Shown: positions 20,675 to 30,887 of the stretch, piece after piece
Layout: each line of letters opens with the position of its first letter
Numbering within the stretch: position 1 is the stretch's first letter
Assembly (NCBI GenBank): GCA_040386535.1
Contig: JAZKFH010000015.1
Coordinates: 64,001-128,000 of the forward strand
Origin: Myxococcota bacterium
GTDB taxonomy: Bacteria; Myxococcota_A; UBA796; SXON01
DNA length: 64,000 nucleotides
Direction: 5' to 3'
The notes under the pieces: model-generated
What the model was told of the DNA's origin: nothing
Seen by the model: the letters and a program-made list of their open reading frames with translations, nothing else
Database searches by the model: none
Translations under genes and position numbers: made by a program

Positions 20675-22783
20675 ATGTACACGATCACCAACGACGACGG
20701 CATCGTGACCCTGACCCTCGCGATGCCGGGGAAGGTCAACAAGATCAACCGCGGGTTTGCCGAGGGTTTGAGCGCGGGGCTCGACGAGGCGCTCGCCGTG
20801 CCCGGCCGCAAGGGGATCATCCTCGCGTCGGGCCACCGGGACTTCTGCGTGGGCGCCGACCTCGACATGATCTACGCCCTGCGTGACGCCGCGGAGGTGC
20901 GGGCCGTCACCGCGGGGCTCAACGCGTTGCTCAGGCGTTTGGAGACCTGCGGCGTGCCTGTCGTGGCCGCGCTCACCGGCTCCGCGCTCGGCGGGGGCTG
21001 CGAGGTGGCGCTGGCGTGCCACCACCGCGTGGCGCTCGACGCGCCGAACGTGCAGATCGGCCTGCCCGAGGTGAACCTGGGTGTCATCCCCGGCGGCGGC
21101 GGGACGCAGCGGTTGCCCCGGATCATCGGGATCCAAGCCGCGTTGGAGATCATCGCGCAGGCGCAGATCCTGCGGGCCGCCAAGGCGAAGAAGGTGGGCC
21201 TGGTCGACACGCTCGCGCCGACGGTCGAAGGGGTGTTCGAGGCGGCCCGCGCCTGGATCCTCGCCAACCCCGGGGCGAAGCAGCCCTGGGATCGTGGCGG
21301 GAAGCCCCCCGGCGTGCAGCCTGGCACCGAAGAGGCGCGCAACCTGCTGCTCATCGCCTCGGCGATGCTGGCGAAGAAGACGGCGGGCAACTACCCGGCC
21401 GCCGAGGCGGCGATCCGCGCGGTGTCCGACGGACTGGCCGTGAACTTCGACACCGGCGTGGCGATCGAGGGGCGCCACTTCGCCAAGCTGGTTGTGTCGG
21501 ACCAGGCGAAGGACATGATCCGCACGTTCTGGTACCACAAGAACGCGGTCGAGCGGCAGGAGGGCCTCCCCCGCATCGCGGAGGCGCGGTTCCAGAAAGT
21601 GGCGATCCTCGGCGCCGGCATGATGGGCGCGGGCCTCGGCTTCGTGTGCGCGCAACGCGGGTACACCGTGGTGCTCAAGGACATCCGCGAGGAGGCGCTG
21701 GTCGGCGCGCGGGCCCACTGCGAGGGGCAGGCTGCCGCGCTCAAGCACCTGCCCGAGGCCGAACGCGCCGCGATCCTGGGGCGCATCACCTACACGCTCG
21801 ATCTCCAGGACCTCGTCGGCACCGATCTGGTCATCGAGGCGGTCGTGGAGGACGTGGCGGTCAAGGCGCGGGTCACCGCCGAGGTCGAGGCGCTTCTGGG
21901 AGAAGACGCGGTGTTCGCGTCCAACACCTCGGCCATTCCCATCTCGATCCTCGCCAAGGCCTCGAAGCGCCCCGCGAACTTCGTCGGCATGCACTTCTTC
22001 TCGCCGGTCGAGAAGATGCCGCTGTTGGAGATCATCGTGGGGAAGGAGACGAGCGAGGAGACCGTCGCCCGCGCGCTCGCGTTCGGTTCGCGCATCAAGA
22101 AGACGAACATCGTCGTGAACGACGGATATGGCTTCTTCACCACGCGCCTGTTCGCCAGCTACATCCTGGAAGGATGCCAGCTCGTCGCCGAGGGCCACGA
22201 TCCGGTGCTGGTCGAGTGGGCCGGCCGCAAGACCGGGATGGTCGTCTCCCCGCTCAAGGAGTTCGACGAGGTCACGCTGACCCTCGGGCTCCACGCGTTC
22301 GAGTCGCGCGGCGTCGTGACCGGGAAGAAGCTCGACCTCGCCGGCGTCGAGCTGGTGCGTCGCATGGTCAAGGAGCACGGCCGCACCGGGAAGGCGGGTG
22401 GCAAGGGCTTCTACGAGTACGAGGGCGAGCGGCGGATCTGGCCGGGCCTGCGCGATCTGGCGACGGGGACGCCCGCCAAGACCGGGGTGGACTACCTCGC
22501 GCGCCGCCTGATGCTGATCCAGGCCGCCGAGGTGGCCCGGGCACTCGACGAGGGGATCGTCCGCAACTGGCGCGACGCCGAGGTCGGCGCTATCTTCGGC
22601 GTCGGCTTCGCGCCGAACACCGGCGGGCCGCTCGCGTGGATGGACCGCCAGGGGCTCCCCGCGTTGGTCGAAGAGCTGCGCGGCCTCGCGACCGAGCTGG
22701 GCGAGCGCTACACGCCGGCGCCGATGCTCGTGCAGATGGCGGAGCGCGGGGAGCGGTTCTTTCGCGAGGAAGCGGCGTCGTAG
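20675..22783 (+). CDS. fadJ: Multifunctional enoyl-CoA hydratase/3-hydroxyacyl-CoA dehydrogenase
   Basis: FCVGAD, GGGCE, LPEV; GAGMMG, ASNTS, GMHFFSP; TGGP C-terminal region. Confidence 0.88.
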   Translation: MYTITNDDGIVTLTLAMPGKVNKINRGFAEGLSAGLDEALAVPGRKGIILASGHRDFCVGADLDMIYALRDAAEVRAVTAGLNALLRRLETCGVPVVAALTGSALGGGCEVALACHHRVALDAPNVQIGLPEVNLGVIPGGGGTQRLPRIIGIQAALEIIAQAQILRAAKAKKVGLVDTLAPTVEGVFEAARAWILANPGAKQPWDRGGKPPGVQPGTEEARNLLLIASAMLAKKTAGNYPAAEAAIRAVSDGLAVNFDTGVAIEGRHFAKLVVSDQAKDMIRTFWYHKNAVERQEGLPRIAEARFQKVAILGAGMMGAGLGFVCAQRGYTVVLKDIREEALVGARAHCEGQAAALKHLPEAERAAILGRITYTLDLQDLVGTDLVIEAVVEDVAVKARVTAEVEALLGEDAVFASNTSAIPISILAKASKRPANFVGMHFFSPVEKMPLLEIIVGKETSEETVARALAFGSRIKKTNIVVNDGYGFFTTRLFASYILEGCQLVAEGHDPVLVEWAGRKTGMVVSPLKEFDEVTLTLGLHAFESRGVVTGKKLDLAGVELVRRMVKEHGRTGKAGGKGFYEYEGERRIWPGLRDLATGTPAKTGVDYLARRLMLIQAAEVARALDEGIVRNWRDAEVGAIFGVGFAPNTGGPLAWMDRQGLPALVEELRGLATELGERYTPAPMLVQMAERGERFFREEAAS

Positions 22784-22844
22784 CGGGTTGTCCGCGTTGG
22801 ACGAGGAGCTTCCGGGGCAACCCGTATCTCTATATGCGCGCGGA

Positions 22845-23280
22845 GGTTTTCCCCTTCCTGCTTTCCTCTATTCCTGCTTTCCTGAGTCTCCGGAGTCCGG
22901 ATCCGGAACAATCAGGAAGGCAGGAAAGGAATCCCGAACCCCGGAAATCCAGGTCCGGTTTTCCCCCTCCTGCTTTCCTCTATTCCTGCTTTCCTGATTC
23001 TCCGGAGTCCGATCCAATCGGGAAGGCAGGAAACAAGGAAGGCAGGAAAGGAGTCCCGAACCCCGGAAATCCAGATCCGGTTTTCCCCTTCCTGCTTTCC
23101 TCTATTCCTGCTTTCCTGATTCTCCGGAGTCCGGATCCGGAACAATCAGGAAGGCAGGAAACAAGGAAGGCAGGAAGTAGGAAAGGAAGGAACCGAAGAA
23201 GGCGGACTGGAGAACCGAGTCTTTGTTCCTCACTCCTGGCTTCCTCTATTCCTGCTTTCCTGATTCTCCGGACTCCGGCT
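22845..23280. repeat. Array of 112-122-bp direct repeats, each with pyrimidine and purine arms forming an inverted repeat
   Basis: Units at 22845, 22957, 23079 plus a partial fourth; TTCCTGCTTTCCTCTATTCCTGCTTTCCTGA vs TCAGGAAGGCAGGAAA. Confidence 0.85.
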
Positions 23281-23319
23281 CCCCAGACGGCTGCTACGCC
23301 AAATCGGAAGCCGGAACTC

Positions 23320-25203
23320 CTACTCCTTGTTCAACCCGAACGGATCATTCGGATCCGCGGGCGCAGGCGCAGGCGCAGGCGGCGCGACCACCGGCGCAGG
23401 TGCCGGCGCGGGCGCAACAACAGGAGCGGGCGCCGCAGGAGTCTCCGACGCACCCGACGGCGCCACCACCGGACGGGGCACCGGCGCGGCGCCGAGCGGA
23501 CCGAAGGTGCCGTCGAACGCCTTGATGACGAACTCGACGCGGCGGTTGTTGCCACGGCCGGCCTCGGTGGCGTTGGTCTCGAGGGGCTTGGTCTCGCCGT
23601 AGCCCATGCCCTTGAGGCGCTCGGGGTCGACCTTGCCGATGGTCGTGAGGTGCTTGACCACCGCCTCGGAGCGGCCCTGCGAGAGCTTCAGGTTCGACGC
23701 GTCGTTGCCGACGTTGTCCGTATGCCCGGCGACCTCGACCCGACGGATGTCGACGTTGCCGTTCAGCACGGCCGCGATCTCCTCCAGCAGCTCGTAGGAC
23801 TGCTTCTTGATCGTGGTCTTGTTCGTGTCGAAGTAGATCTTGTCGAGGATCTCGATGCGGTCGACCGTGACGAACACCCGCTTGGGGCAGCCGTCGGAGC
23901 GCTCGGGATCGATGCGGGGATCGGCGGGCTCGTCGGGACACTTGTCGCGCTTGTCGGGCACGCGGTCGCTGTCACGATCCGGGCAGCCCTTGGTGTTCAC
24001 GGGGCCGGCCTCGTCGGGGCAGGCGTCGACCTTGTCGATGAGCGTGTCGGCGTCGCGATCGGGGCAGCCCTTGTCGCCCACGGTGCCGGGCTCGAGCGGG
24101 CACTCGTCGTCCCCGTCGAGAACGCCGTCCTTGTCGTTGTCGGGATCGGGGCAGCCGTCGGCGTCCTCGAAGCCGTCCGCGTCTTCGGCCTCGTTCGGGC
24201 AGCTGTCGACCTTGTCCGCGATGCCGTCCTTGTCGTTGTCGTTCTCGGGGCAGCCGTCGCTGTCCTCGAAGCCGTCCTTGTCCTCGGGGACGTCGACACA
24301 GGCGTCGACATCGTCGTAGAGGCCGTCCTCGTCGATGTCGTAGATGGGCGCCTTGCCCGCGGCCCGGTAGCCGATGCCGGCGATGACACGCACGTCCGGC
24401 GCGCCGACGCCGCCCACCAGGCCGGTGCCGAGGCCAAGCATCGCCTGGATGCCCGACGGCTTGCCGTAGCGCCCGTAGGCGTGGAGCTCGAAGGGGTTGT
24501 CGGTCCATGGGCTGAGGCCGCCGATCACGTCGACCGTGCCGTCGAGCTCAAGCCCCACAGCCAGCGCGGGGGTGATGGCGTAGTTGCCACCCAGGGCGAG
24601 ATCCAGGCCGGAGCCGATCTCCTGCTCGCCGAGCGTGGAGGTCTTGTTCGCGCGGAAGCCGACGTTCCCGACGAGGCTGAGCGCGTCGGTGAAGTGCACC
24701 CCCGCGGCGGCCGCGAGCCCACCGCCCACGCCGCCGGAGCCCGTGTAGGCGCTCGGCTCACCGGTGGGGATGGAGAGCATGGGGACGACGGCGAGGTGGA
24801 CCTTGGAGTCCTCTCCGAGCGGAATGCCGATCACGCCGCGCAGGCGCGCATCGCCGCTGGAGATGCCGTTGAACGAGGCGTCCGGACCGCCGCCCACGTA
24901 GGGGTAGAGCGGCAGATCGAGGCCGAACCGGACCTTGCCGAGGAGCGTGTAGCCGAAGGCGAGGCGCGTCGCGAACGAGTCGGTGACGACAGACTCGGTC
25001 GTGCCGTCGGCGAAGGTCTGCACGAGCGGGTCGTGCGCGTACACGAGGCCGAGGCCGCCGTACGCGGCGCCGGGCCAGCCGAGGGTGGGAGACTCGACCT
25101 GCATTCCGCCCTGCGCGTCGAAGGCGGAGCTGGAGAAGGAGAACGTGTCCACGTCGAGCGCCGAGGCGGCCGGAGCGAGGAGGTGGAGCGACAGCAACAG
25201 CAT
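23320..25203 (-). CDS. OmpA-family outer-membrane protein with beta-barrel and thrombospondin type-3 repeats (TraB-like architecture)
   Basis: DxDxDG..D..D.CP repeats; IYFDTNK, VAGHTD, NLKLSQGR, NRRVEF; PA-rich tail. Confidence 0.88.
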   Translation of the reverse strand: MLLLSLHLLAPAASALDVDTFSFSSSAFDAQGGMQVESPTLGWPGAAYGGLGLVYAHDPLVQTFADGTTESVVTDSFATRLAFGYTLLGKVRFGLDLPLYPYVGGGPDASFNGISSGDARLRGVIGIPLGEDSKVHLAVVPMLSIPTGEPSAYTGSGGVGGGLAAAAGVHFTDALSLVGNVGFRANKTSTLGEQEIGSGLDLALGGNYAITPALAVGLELDGTVDVIGGLSPWTDNPFELHAYGRYGKPSGIQAMLGLGTGLVGGVGAPDVRVIAGIGYRAAGKAPIYDIDEDGLYDDVDACVDVPEDKDGFEDSDGCPENDNDKDGIADKVDSCPNEAEDADGFEDADGCPDPDNDKDGVLDGDDECPLEPGTVGDKGCPDRDADTLIDKVDACPDEAGPVNTKGCPDRDSDRVPDKRDKCPDEPADPRIDPERSDGCPKRVFVTVDRIEILDKIYFDTNKTTIKKQSYELLEEIAAVLNGNVDIRRVEVAGHTDNVGNDASNLKLSQGRSEAVVKHLTTIGKVDPERLKGMGYGETKPLETNATEAGRGNNRRVEFVIKAFDGTFGPLGAAPVPRPVVAPSGASETPAAPAPVVAPAPAPAPVVAPPAPAPAPADPNDPFGLNKE

Positions 25204-25299
25204 GCCCGGACACTACCGGGAGGGCGACGTCCGCGCAAGGTCAGGGCCCTTTCAACACCCCTGCGTTCGCCCTGCTGACCGCCACTCCGGGGGCCTTTG

Positions 25300-26610
25300 C
25301 TACGTTCCGGCCCGCGCCCCCACGACGCGGTGGATCGCCGTCTCCACCGCCGCCACGATGCGCCGTAGATCGTCGGGCCCCATCACGAGCGGCGGCATGA
25401 TCACGACGGCGTCGCCCAGGCACCGCACGATGACGCCCTCGTCGCGGCAGGCGAGGGTCACGCGGTGGGCGAGCCGCGCCTCGGCCGGGCCGCCGGCGAG
25501 CCCGATCGCGGCCATGAGCCCGATCTGGCGCACCTCGGTGACCGCCGGGTGGGTGAGCGCCGCCATCGCGTCCCGCAACGCCTCGATCCTGGGGGCGAGG
25601 CCCGCGATGACGTGGTCCTCGTCGAACAGATCGAGGGAGGCGAGCGCGGCGGCGCAGGCGAGCGCGTTGCCCGTGTAGGTGTGGCCGTGGAAGAGCGTCT
25701 TCCACTCGGTGTAGGGGCCGCGGAAGGACGCGAACACCGCCTCCGTCGTGAGCGTGGCGGCGAGCGGGAGGTAGCCGCCGGTGAGGCCCTTCGCGACGCA
25801 CAACAGGTCGGGACGCACGGCCGTCTGGTCGATGGCGAACATGGTGCCGGTGCGGCCGAAGCCGGTGGCGACCTCGTCCGCGACGAGCAGCGCGCCCGCG
25901 TCGCGCGCCATGCGGCACAAGGCCTCGAGGAAGGCCGGCGAATGTGTGCGCATGCCCGCCGCTCCCTGGACCAGGGGCTCGAACACGAAGGCGGCGATCG
26001 TGTCGCCGTGCTCGCGGAAGAGGGCCTCGGCCTCGACGAGCAGCGCGGCTTCGCCCTCGCCCGCGCGGTCGGGGGAGGGGATCCGCACGGCGTCGAACAA
26101 CATGGGCTTGTAGATGCCGTGGAACAGCGGGATGCCGCCTACGCTGACGGAGCCGATGGTGTCGCCGTGGTAGGCCTCGGTGAGCGCTGCGAACCGCGTG
26201 CGCCGCGTGTTTCCGCGCTGCTGCTGGGCCTGGAAGGCCATCTTGAGCGCCACCTCCACCGCGGTGGACCCCGAGTCGCTGTAGAACACGCGATCGAAGC
26301 CCGTGAGCGCGGCGAGGCGCGCGGCGAGCGTGATGGCGGTGGTGCCGGCGAGGCCGAGCTGGGTCGTATGCGCGACCCGATCGAGCTGGGCACGGATCGC
26401 GGCGTCGATCTTCGGGTGGCGATGGCCGTGCACGTTGCACCAGAGGGAGCTCGTGCCGTCGAGATACCGCCGCCCCTCGACGTCGATGAGCTCGACCCCC
26501 TCGGCCCGATCCACCACGATCATCGGCTGATCGACCCACTCGTCGTACTGGGTGAACGGGTGCCACACGTGGCGGAGATCGAGCGCTGCCCATTCCGAGG
26601 GGGTGTGCAT
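25300..26610 (-). CDS. bioA: Adenosylmethionine-8-amino-7-oxononanoate aminotransferase
   Basis: WHPFTQ, SSLWCNVHGH, DSGSTAVEVALKMA, DEVATGFGRTG, AKGLTGG, HGHTYTGN. Confidence 0.96.
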   Translation of the reverse strand: MHTPSEWAALDLRHVWHPFTQYDEWVDQPMIVVDRAEGVELIDVEGRRYLDGTSSLWCNVHGHRHPKIDAAIRAQLDRVAHTTQLGLAGTTAITLAARLAALTGFDRVFYSDSGSTAVEVALKMAFQAQQQRGNTRRTRFAALTEAYHGDTIGSVSVGGIPLFHGIYKPMLFDAVRIPSPDRAGEGEAALLVEAEALFREHGDTIAAFVFEPLVQGAAGMRTHSPAFLEALCRMARDAGALLVADEVATGFGRTGTMFAIDQTAVRPDLLCVAKGLTGGYLPLAATLTTEAVFASFRGPYTEWKTLFHGHTYTGNALACAAALASLDLFDEDHVIAGLAPRIEALRDAMAALTHPAVTEVRQIGLMAAIGLAGGPAEARLAHRVTLACRDEGVIVRCLGDAVVIMPPLVMGPDDLRRIVAAVETAIHRVVGARAGT

Positions 26611-26703
26611 GGCGCGGGGCTAACGCGCGGCTTAGGCCGATGCCCCCGCGCGTGGAGCCCCTCTCCGCGCGCCGTCGGTTCATCCGCAGGTCAGGAGCGC
26701 AAC

Positions 26704-27960
26704 ATGTCCCTCGTCCCCGTCCACGGCGGTCTCGCGGCCCCGGTCGATCGCATCCTCACCTGGCGCCACAAGAAGGCGTTGATCGCGGAGTCCGTGTCGC
26801 TCCCGAGCATCTCGGTCACCGACGCCGATCTGTCGGTCGTCTACCGCATCGCCGACGGCACGCTCTCCCCGCTGACCGGCTTCATGGACGAGGCCGAGTT
26901 CAACCACGTCCTCGACTTCAAGAACGTCGTCCGCGGCGGCCAGGCCTACGCCTGGACCATCCCGTTCGCGCTTCCCGTCACCGAGGAGGAGGCCGAGCGC
27001 CTCACCATCGGCGAGTACGCGTCCCTGCTCGACGCTCGCGGCCAGCTCATCGGCACGATCAAGGTGTCGAGCCGGTTCGTGTGGGACAAGCAGCGCTTCG
27101 TCGAGAAGGTGTACGGCACCTCGCGCCTCGACCACCCGGGCGCCCGCATCGTGACCGACGATACGCGCGGCACCCTCGTGGGCGGCGAGATCTCGGTGCT
27201 CCCGGCGGGTCGCCACGCCGAGTACGCCGACCTGCTGCTCTCGCCCGCGCGCACCCGCGCCCTCATCGCGGACAAGAAGTGGGAGGCCGCGATGGCCTTC
27301 CAGACCCGCAACCCCCTGCACCGCGCGCACGAGTACGCCCTGGTGTACGGCGTCGAGCAGCTCACGCGCTCGGGCCTCTACGCCGGCGCCGTGCTCAACC
27401 CGCTCGTCGGCCAGCTCAAGGGTGACGATGTGGACGCGTCCACCCGCGTCCGCACCTACCGCATCCTGCGCGACCAGCGCCTCCTCGGTGAGGGCGACTC
27501 CGACCGCGCCCTCTGGGACAGCGTCGGCTACGAGCTGAACGACGTGTTCGAGCTCGTCTGCCTCGACCAGAAGATGTTCTACGGCGGCCCCTCCGAGGCC
27601 GTCATGCACAGCATCTACCGCCAGAACCACGGGTTCTCGCACATCGTGATCGGCCGCAAGCACGCCGATGCGCCCTACGCCGATGGCAAGGCCATCTGGG
27701 GCGACTTCGACGCGCAGGAGATCTTCTCGAACCTCACGGGCGCCCTGCACACCAAGCCGGTCAAGGTCGGCTTCGCCGCCTTCTACGAGTCTATCGGCCG
27801 CGTGGACCTGACCGAGAACCACCCCGGCGTGGCGCCGTACAGCATCTCGGGCACGAAGCTCCGCGAGCAGCTCGTCAGCGGCGAGCGCCCCGACGTGCGC
27901 ATCATCCGCGGCAACGTCGCCGACGTGCTGATCGACAGCTACCGCAGCCGCGCGTCCTGA
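26704..27960 (+). CDS. sat: Sulfate adenylyltransferase (Sat-type ATP sulfurylase)
   Basis: PVHGG, LSPLTGFM, FQTRNPLHRAHEY, GPSEAVMH..YRQN, IGRKHA, ISGTKLR. Confidence 0.92.
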   Translation: MSLVPVHGGLAAPVDRILTWRHKKALIAESVSLPSISVTDADLSVVYRIADGTLSPLTGFMDEAEFNHVLDFKNVVRGGQAYAWTIPFALPVTEEEAERLTIGEYASLLDARGQLIGTIKVSSRFVWDKQRFVEKVYGTSRLDHPGARIVTDDTRGTLVGGEISVLPAGRHAEYADLLLSPARTRALIADKKWEAAMAFQTRNPLHRAHEYALVYGVEQLTRSGLYAGAVLNPLVGQLKGDDVDASTRVRTYRILRDQRLLGEGDSDRALWDSVGYELNDVFELVCLDQKMFYGGPSEAVMHSIYRQNHGFSHIVIGRKHADAPYADGKAIWGDFDAQEIFSNLTGALHTKPVKVGFAAFYESIGRVDLTENHPGVAPYSISGTKLREQLVSGERPDVRIIRGNVADVLIDSYRSRAS

Positions 27961-27979
27961 TCCGGCCGCGGGCGCGGGG

Positions 27980-28681
27980 ATGACCGACGGCGCGTTCGTC
28001 TGGCACGACCTGATGTGTACGGACCCCGCGCGCGCGGCGGGGTTCTACGCGGAGGTGTTCGGCTGGACGTGCCGCAACGGCCGCTTCCTGCGCGAGGGCG
28101 CTGCCATCGCCGGGATCGTCGCGCTCGACGCCACGCTGGGATGGCCCTCGCACTGGCTCCCCTATGTGGCGGTGGCCGATGTCGACGCCGCGGTGGGGAA
28201 GGGGATGGCGCACGGCGGGATGCCCTTGCACCCTCCGGCCGACGCGCCGGACGGAGGGCGCTTCGCCGTGCTCGGGGACCCAGGCGGCGCCGCCTTCGGG
28301 CTGGTCCGTGGAGAAGCGCCCCGTCCTGCGGCAGGCGTGGGCGCGATCGTGTGGGACGAACTCCTCACCGATGATGACGCCGTGCGCGGCTTCTACGCGA
28401 GGGCGCTCGGCTACACCGTCGGCGTGGCCGACATGGGGCCGCTCGGGGCGGGGTGGGCGCTCAAGGCCGGTGGAGAGGCCCGCGCCTCGATCCTCCGGTC
28501 GGCGCTCGCGGCGCCCCCGTTCTGGATGCCGTACGTGAGCGTGGCGGACCTCGCGGCGGCCATCGCGAAGGTGACCACGTTCGAGGGGCGGGTGGTGCTC
28601 GCGCCCGTCGAGATCGAGGGCATCGGCACGGTCGCGATCGTGGAGGACCCGACGGGCGCCGTGTTGGGCCTCCTCGGCTAG
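27980..28681 (+). CDS. VOC (glyoxalase/bleomycin-resistance) family protein, two domains
   Basis: FVWHDL...FYAEVFGW, WLPYVAVADVD, DPGGAAFGL, repeated twice. Confidence 0.88.
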   Translation: MTDGAFVWHDLMCTDPARAAGFYAEVFGWTCRNGRFLREGAAIAGIVALDATLGWPSHWLPYVAVADVDAAVGKGMAHGGMPLHPPADAPDGGRFAVLGDPGGAAFGLVRGEAPRPAAGVGAIVWDELLTDDDAVRGFYARALGYTVGVADMGPLGAGWALKAGGEARASILRSALAAPPFWMPYVSVADLAAAIAKVTTFEGRVVLAPVEIEGIGTVAIVEDPTGAVLGLLG

Positions 28682-29235
28682 GCGTTCGCCGGATCGCCGA
28701 ACAGCGTCCCGATCCCCGCGAGCAGCCGCTCCGGATCGAGCCCGCTGTCGGGCACGTGCACGAAGATCACCTGGCGGGCGGGCATGAGCGCTCGGCCCAC
28801 GGTGTAGAGCCAGGCATTGCAGACGTAGCGCCCGGCGTCGTCATCGACGCGGCCGCCGATGACCCCGGCGAACGTGGCGGCGTCGAGGTTGCTGTACACG
28901 AGCGGGGGGCCACCGGGCTCGAGCACCGCGAGGGTGCGATCGTCGACGTCGAGGCCCGCGCCGCGGTTGTAGCCGCGCGTCTCGACGTCCACGGTGGTCG
29001 TGCGCTGGTCGACGCCGAGCCCGATGACCGCGATCGGATCGAGCGCCAACGCCGCGCGGATCGCGAGGGCCGGGCCCTCCACGAAGCTCACGGGCAGCTC
29101 CAGCCCGGTCACGGCGACCCCGTCAGCGATCCGCCCGTCCACCGCGCGCGCGATGCGGCCGGACGGGTTGTCGATCACGTCGAGGAACCGACCGAATCCC
29201 GTGACGAGCACGCGGCGTGTGCGAGAGGCGACCAT
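28678..29235 (-). CDS. pcp: Pyroglutamyl-peptidase I
   Basis: VLVTGFGRF...NPS, E..GYN, DAGRYVCN, FVHVP. Confidence 0.85.
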   Translation of the reverse strand: MVASRTRRVLVTGFGRFLDVIDNPSGRIARAVDGRIADGVAVTGLELPVSFVEGPALAIRAALALDPIAVIGLGVDQRTTTVDVETRGYNRGAGLDVDDRTLAVLEPGGPPLVYSNLDAATFAGVIGGRVDDDAGRYVCNAWLYTVGRALMPARQVIFVHVPDSGLDPERLLAGIGTLFGDPANA

Positions 29236-29425
29236 CCGGCAGGCTATCGCGTCCACCACCCTGGGCGCGTGGGCGAAAGGGCGGAGCAAGACCGACACGG
29301 CGGCCGTGACGTCCGGGGGGATTTCACGGAGTTCCGTGACCCGCCACGGGTCGCGCGCGGCGTGCCCACGCCCGGTGTGGCGCAATGTGTCCCCCGCGGG
29401 CCGGTTCTCCGATGAACGCGGGTCC

Positions 29426-29441
29426 TGGCCCGCGCCTTGCT
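29426..29441 (+). promoter_or_regulatory. sigma54-type promoter
   Basis: TGGCCC-GCGCC-TTGCT, followed by GAGG RBS and GTG at 29469. Confidence 0.55.
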
Positions 29442-29468
29442 TCGTCGTGGCACGTCCGTGAGGTCTCC

Positions 29469-30887
29469 GTGCTCGACGCGTCCCCGTCCTCGTCTCCTCC
29501 CCGCTCCAGCGGCGCCGCCCGCGCGCGCCGGCGCGTCGCCATCCTCGGCGGCGGCTTCAGCGGCTCCGCGTTGGCGATCCAGCTGGCGCGCGCCGGAGGC
29601 CTGGATGTCACGCTCGTCGAGCCCAACGCCGTCGGGCCCGGCGTGGCGTACGCGACCGAACCGGCACACCTCCTGAATGTCCCGGCCGCGAAGATGAGCC
29701 TGTTCCCCGACGCGCCGGACGACTTCCTCACCTGGGCGAACGCGCACGGGGAGCGCGCCACGCCGACCTGCTTCCTGCCGCGCGCCGTGTACGGGGCCTA
29801 CGTGGCCGACACGTTCGCGCGCGTCGCCGCGCCCACGATCCGCGTCGTGCACGCGCGCGTGACGTCGATCGAAGCGGTGGACGGCGGCGCCCGCTGGACG
29901 ATTCGCCTCGACGATGGGAGGGCCCTGGACGCCGACGTGGTCGTCCTCGCCACCGGCAACCCCGCGCCCGCCGATCCGACGGGCCTCGCGGCCATCGTCG
30001 CGAGCCCTCGCTACGTGTCCGATCCGTGGCGCCGCGGCGCGCTCGACGCCGTGGCCCCGGAAGAGCGCATCCTGCTCGTCGGCACCGGCCTGACCGCGTT
30101 GGATGTGCTCGTGTCCCTCCGCGAGCGGGGCCACCACGGGCCCATCCGGGCCCTCTCGCGCCGCGGCCTGCTCCCGCAGCCCCACCTCGTGGCGGGCCGG
30201 CTCCCCGCGGCCGCGCCCGTGACGATCCCGTTGGGCGCGTCGCTCGAGGAGATGGTGCGCATCGTCCACATCGCGGCGCGCGGGGCATCCGCACGTGGCC
30301 AGGCGTGGCAGGGCGTCATCGACGGGCTCCGCGGGTCCACGTCCATGCTCTGGGCCAGCCTCAGCCCGGTGGAGCGCCGCCGGTTCCTGCGGCACCTGCG
30401 TCCGTACTGGGAGGTGCACCGCCACCGGGCGCCCGAGAGCGTGCTCCGCCACGTTGGCCTCCTCCGCGCCAGCGGCGCCCTCGAGGTCGTCGCGGGGCGG
30501 ATCGTCGGGGCGTCCCCATCCCCGGCGGGGGTCGAGGTCAGCGTCCGGAGGCGGCACGCCGCGGACGTCGAGATCGCTCGCTACGACCGCGTCGTGAACA
30601 CCACCGGACCCGACACCGACCTCGCCCGGAGCGGCGGGCCGCTGATCCGTGGGCTCCTGCAGCGCGGGCTCCTCCTCCAGGACCCCGATCGCCTCGGCCT
30701 CCGCACCGACGCCACCGGCGCCGCGATCGGGGCCGACGGCGCCGCGCACGCCAGCCTCTACGTGCTCGGCCAGGCGCGCCGCGCCGACCTCTGGGAGCAC
30801 ACCGCCGTCCCCGATCTCTCCAAGGGGGCCGCCGCGCTCGCGACACACCTCGTCGCGACGGTCGCCGCGTCCGCGACGGTCGGCTGA
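29469..30887 (+). CDS. FAD/NAD(P)-binding protein (NAD_binding_9 family)
   Basis: ILGGGFSG, GVAY...HLLNVPA.KMS, LATGN, GTGLTALD, VHRHR. Confidence 0.85.
   Translation: MLDASPSSSPPRSSGAARARRRVAILGGGFSGSALAIQLARAGGLDVTLVEPNAVGPGVAYATEPAHLLNVPAAKMSLFPDAPDDFLTWANAHGERATPTCFLPRAVYGAYVADTFARVAAPTIRVVHARVTSIEAVDGGARWTIRLDDGRALDADVVVLATGNPAPADPTGLAAIVASPRYVSDPWRRGALDAVAPEERILLVGTGLTALDVLVSLRERGHHGPIRALSRRGLLPQPHLVAGRLPAAAPVTIPLGASLEEMVRIVHIAARGASARGQAWQGVIDGLRGSTSMLWASLSPVERRRFLRHLRPYWEVHRHRAPESVLRHVGLLRASGALEVVAGRIVGASPSPAGVEVSVRRRHAADVEIARYDRVVNTTGPDTDLARSGGPLIRGLLQRGLLLQDPDRLGLRTDATGAAIGADGAAHASLYVLGQARRADLWEHTAVPDLSKGAAALATHLVATVAASATVG

Noticed and set aside
22845..23280. CRISPR array or small repeat-protein genes
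   Set aside because: Sequence between arms is itself repeated; the ORFs are simple translations of the repeat with atypical composition
21016..25278. 1420-aa ORF and other long ORFs such as 46208-50590, 19412-22378 and 10048-12603
   Set aside because: Shadow frames typical of high-GC DNA, overlapping well-supported genes
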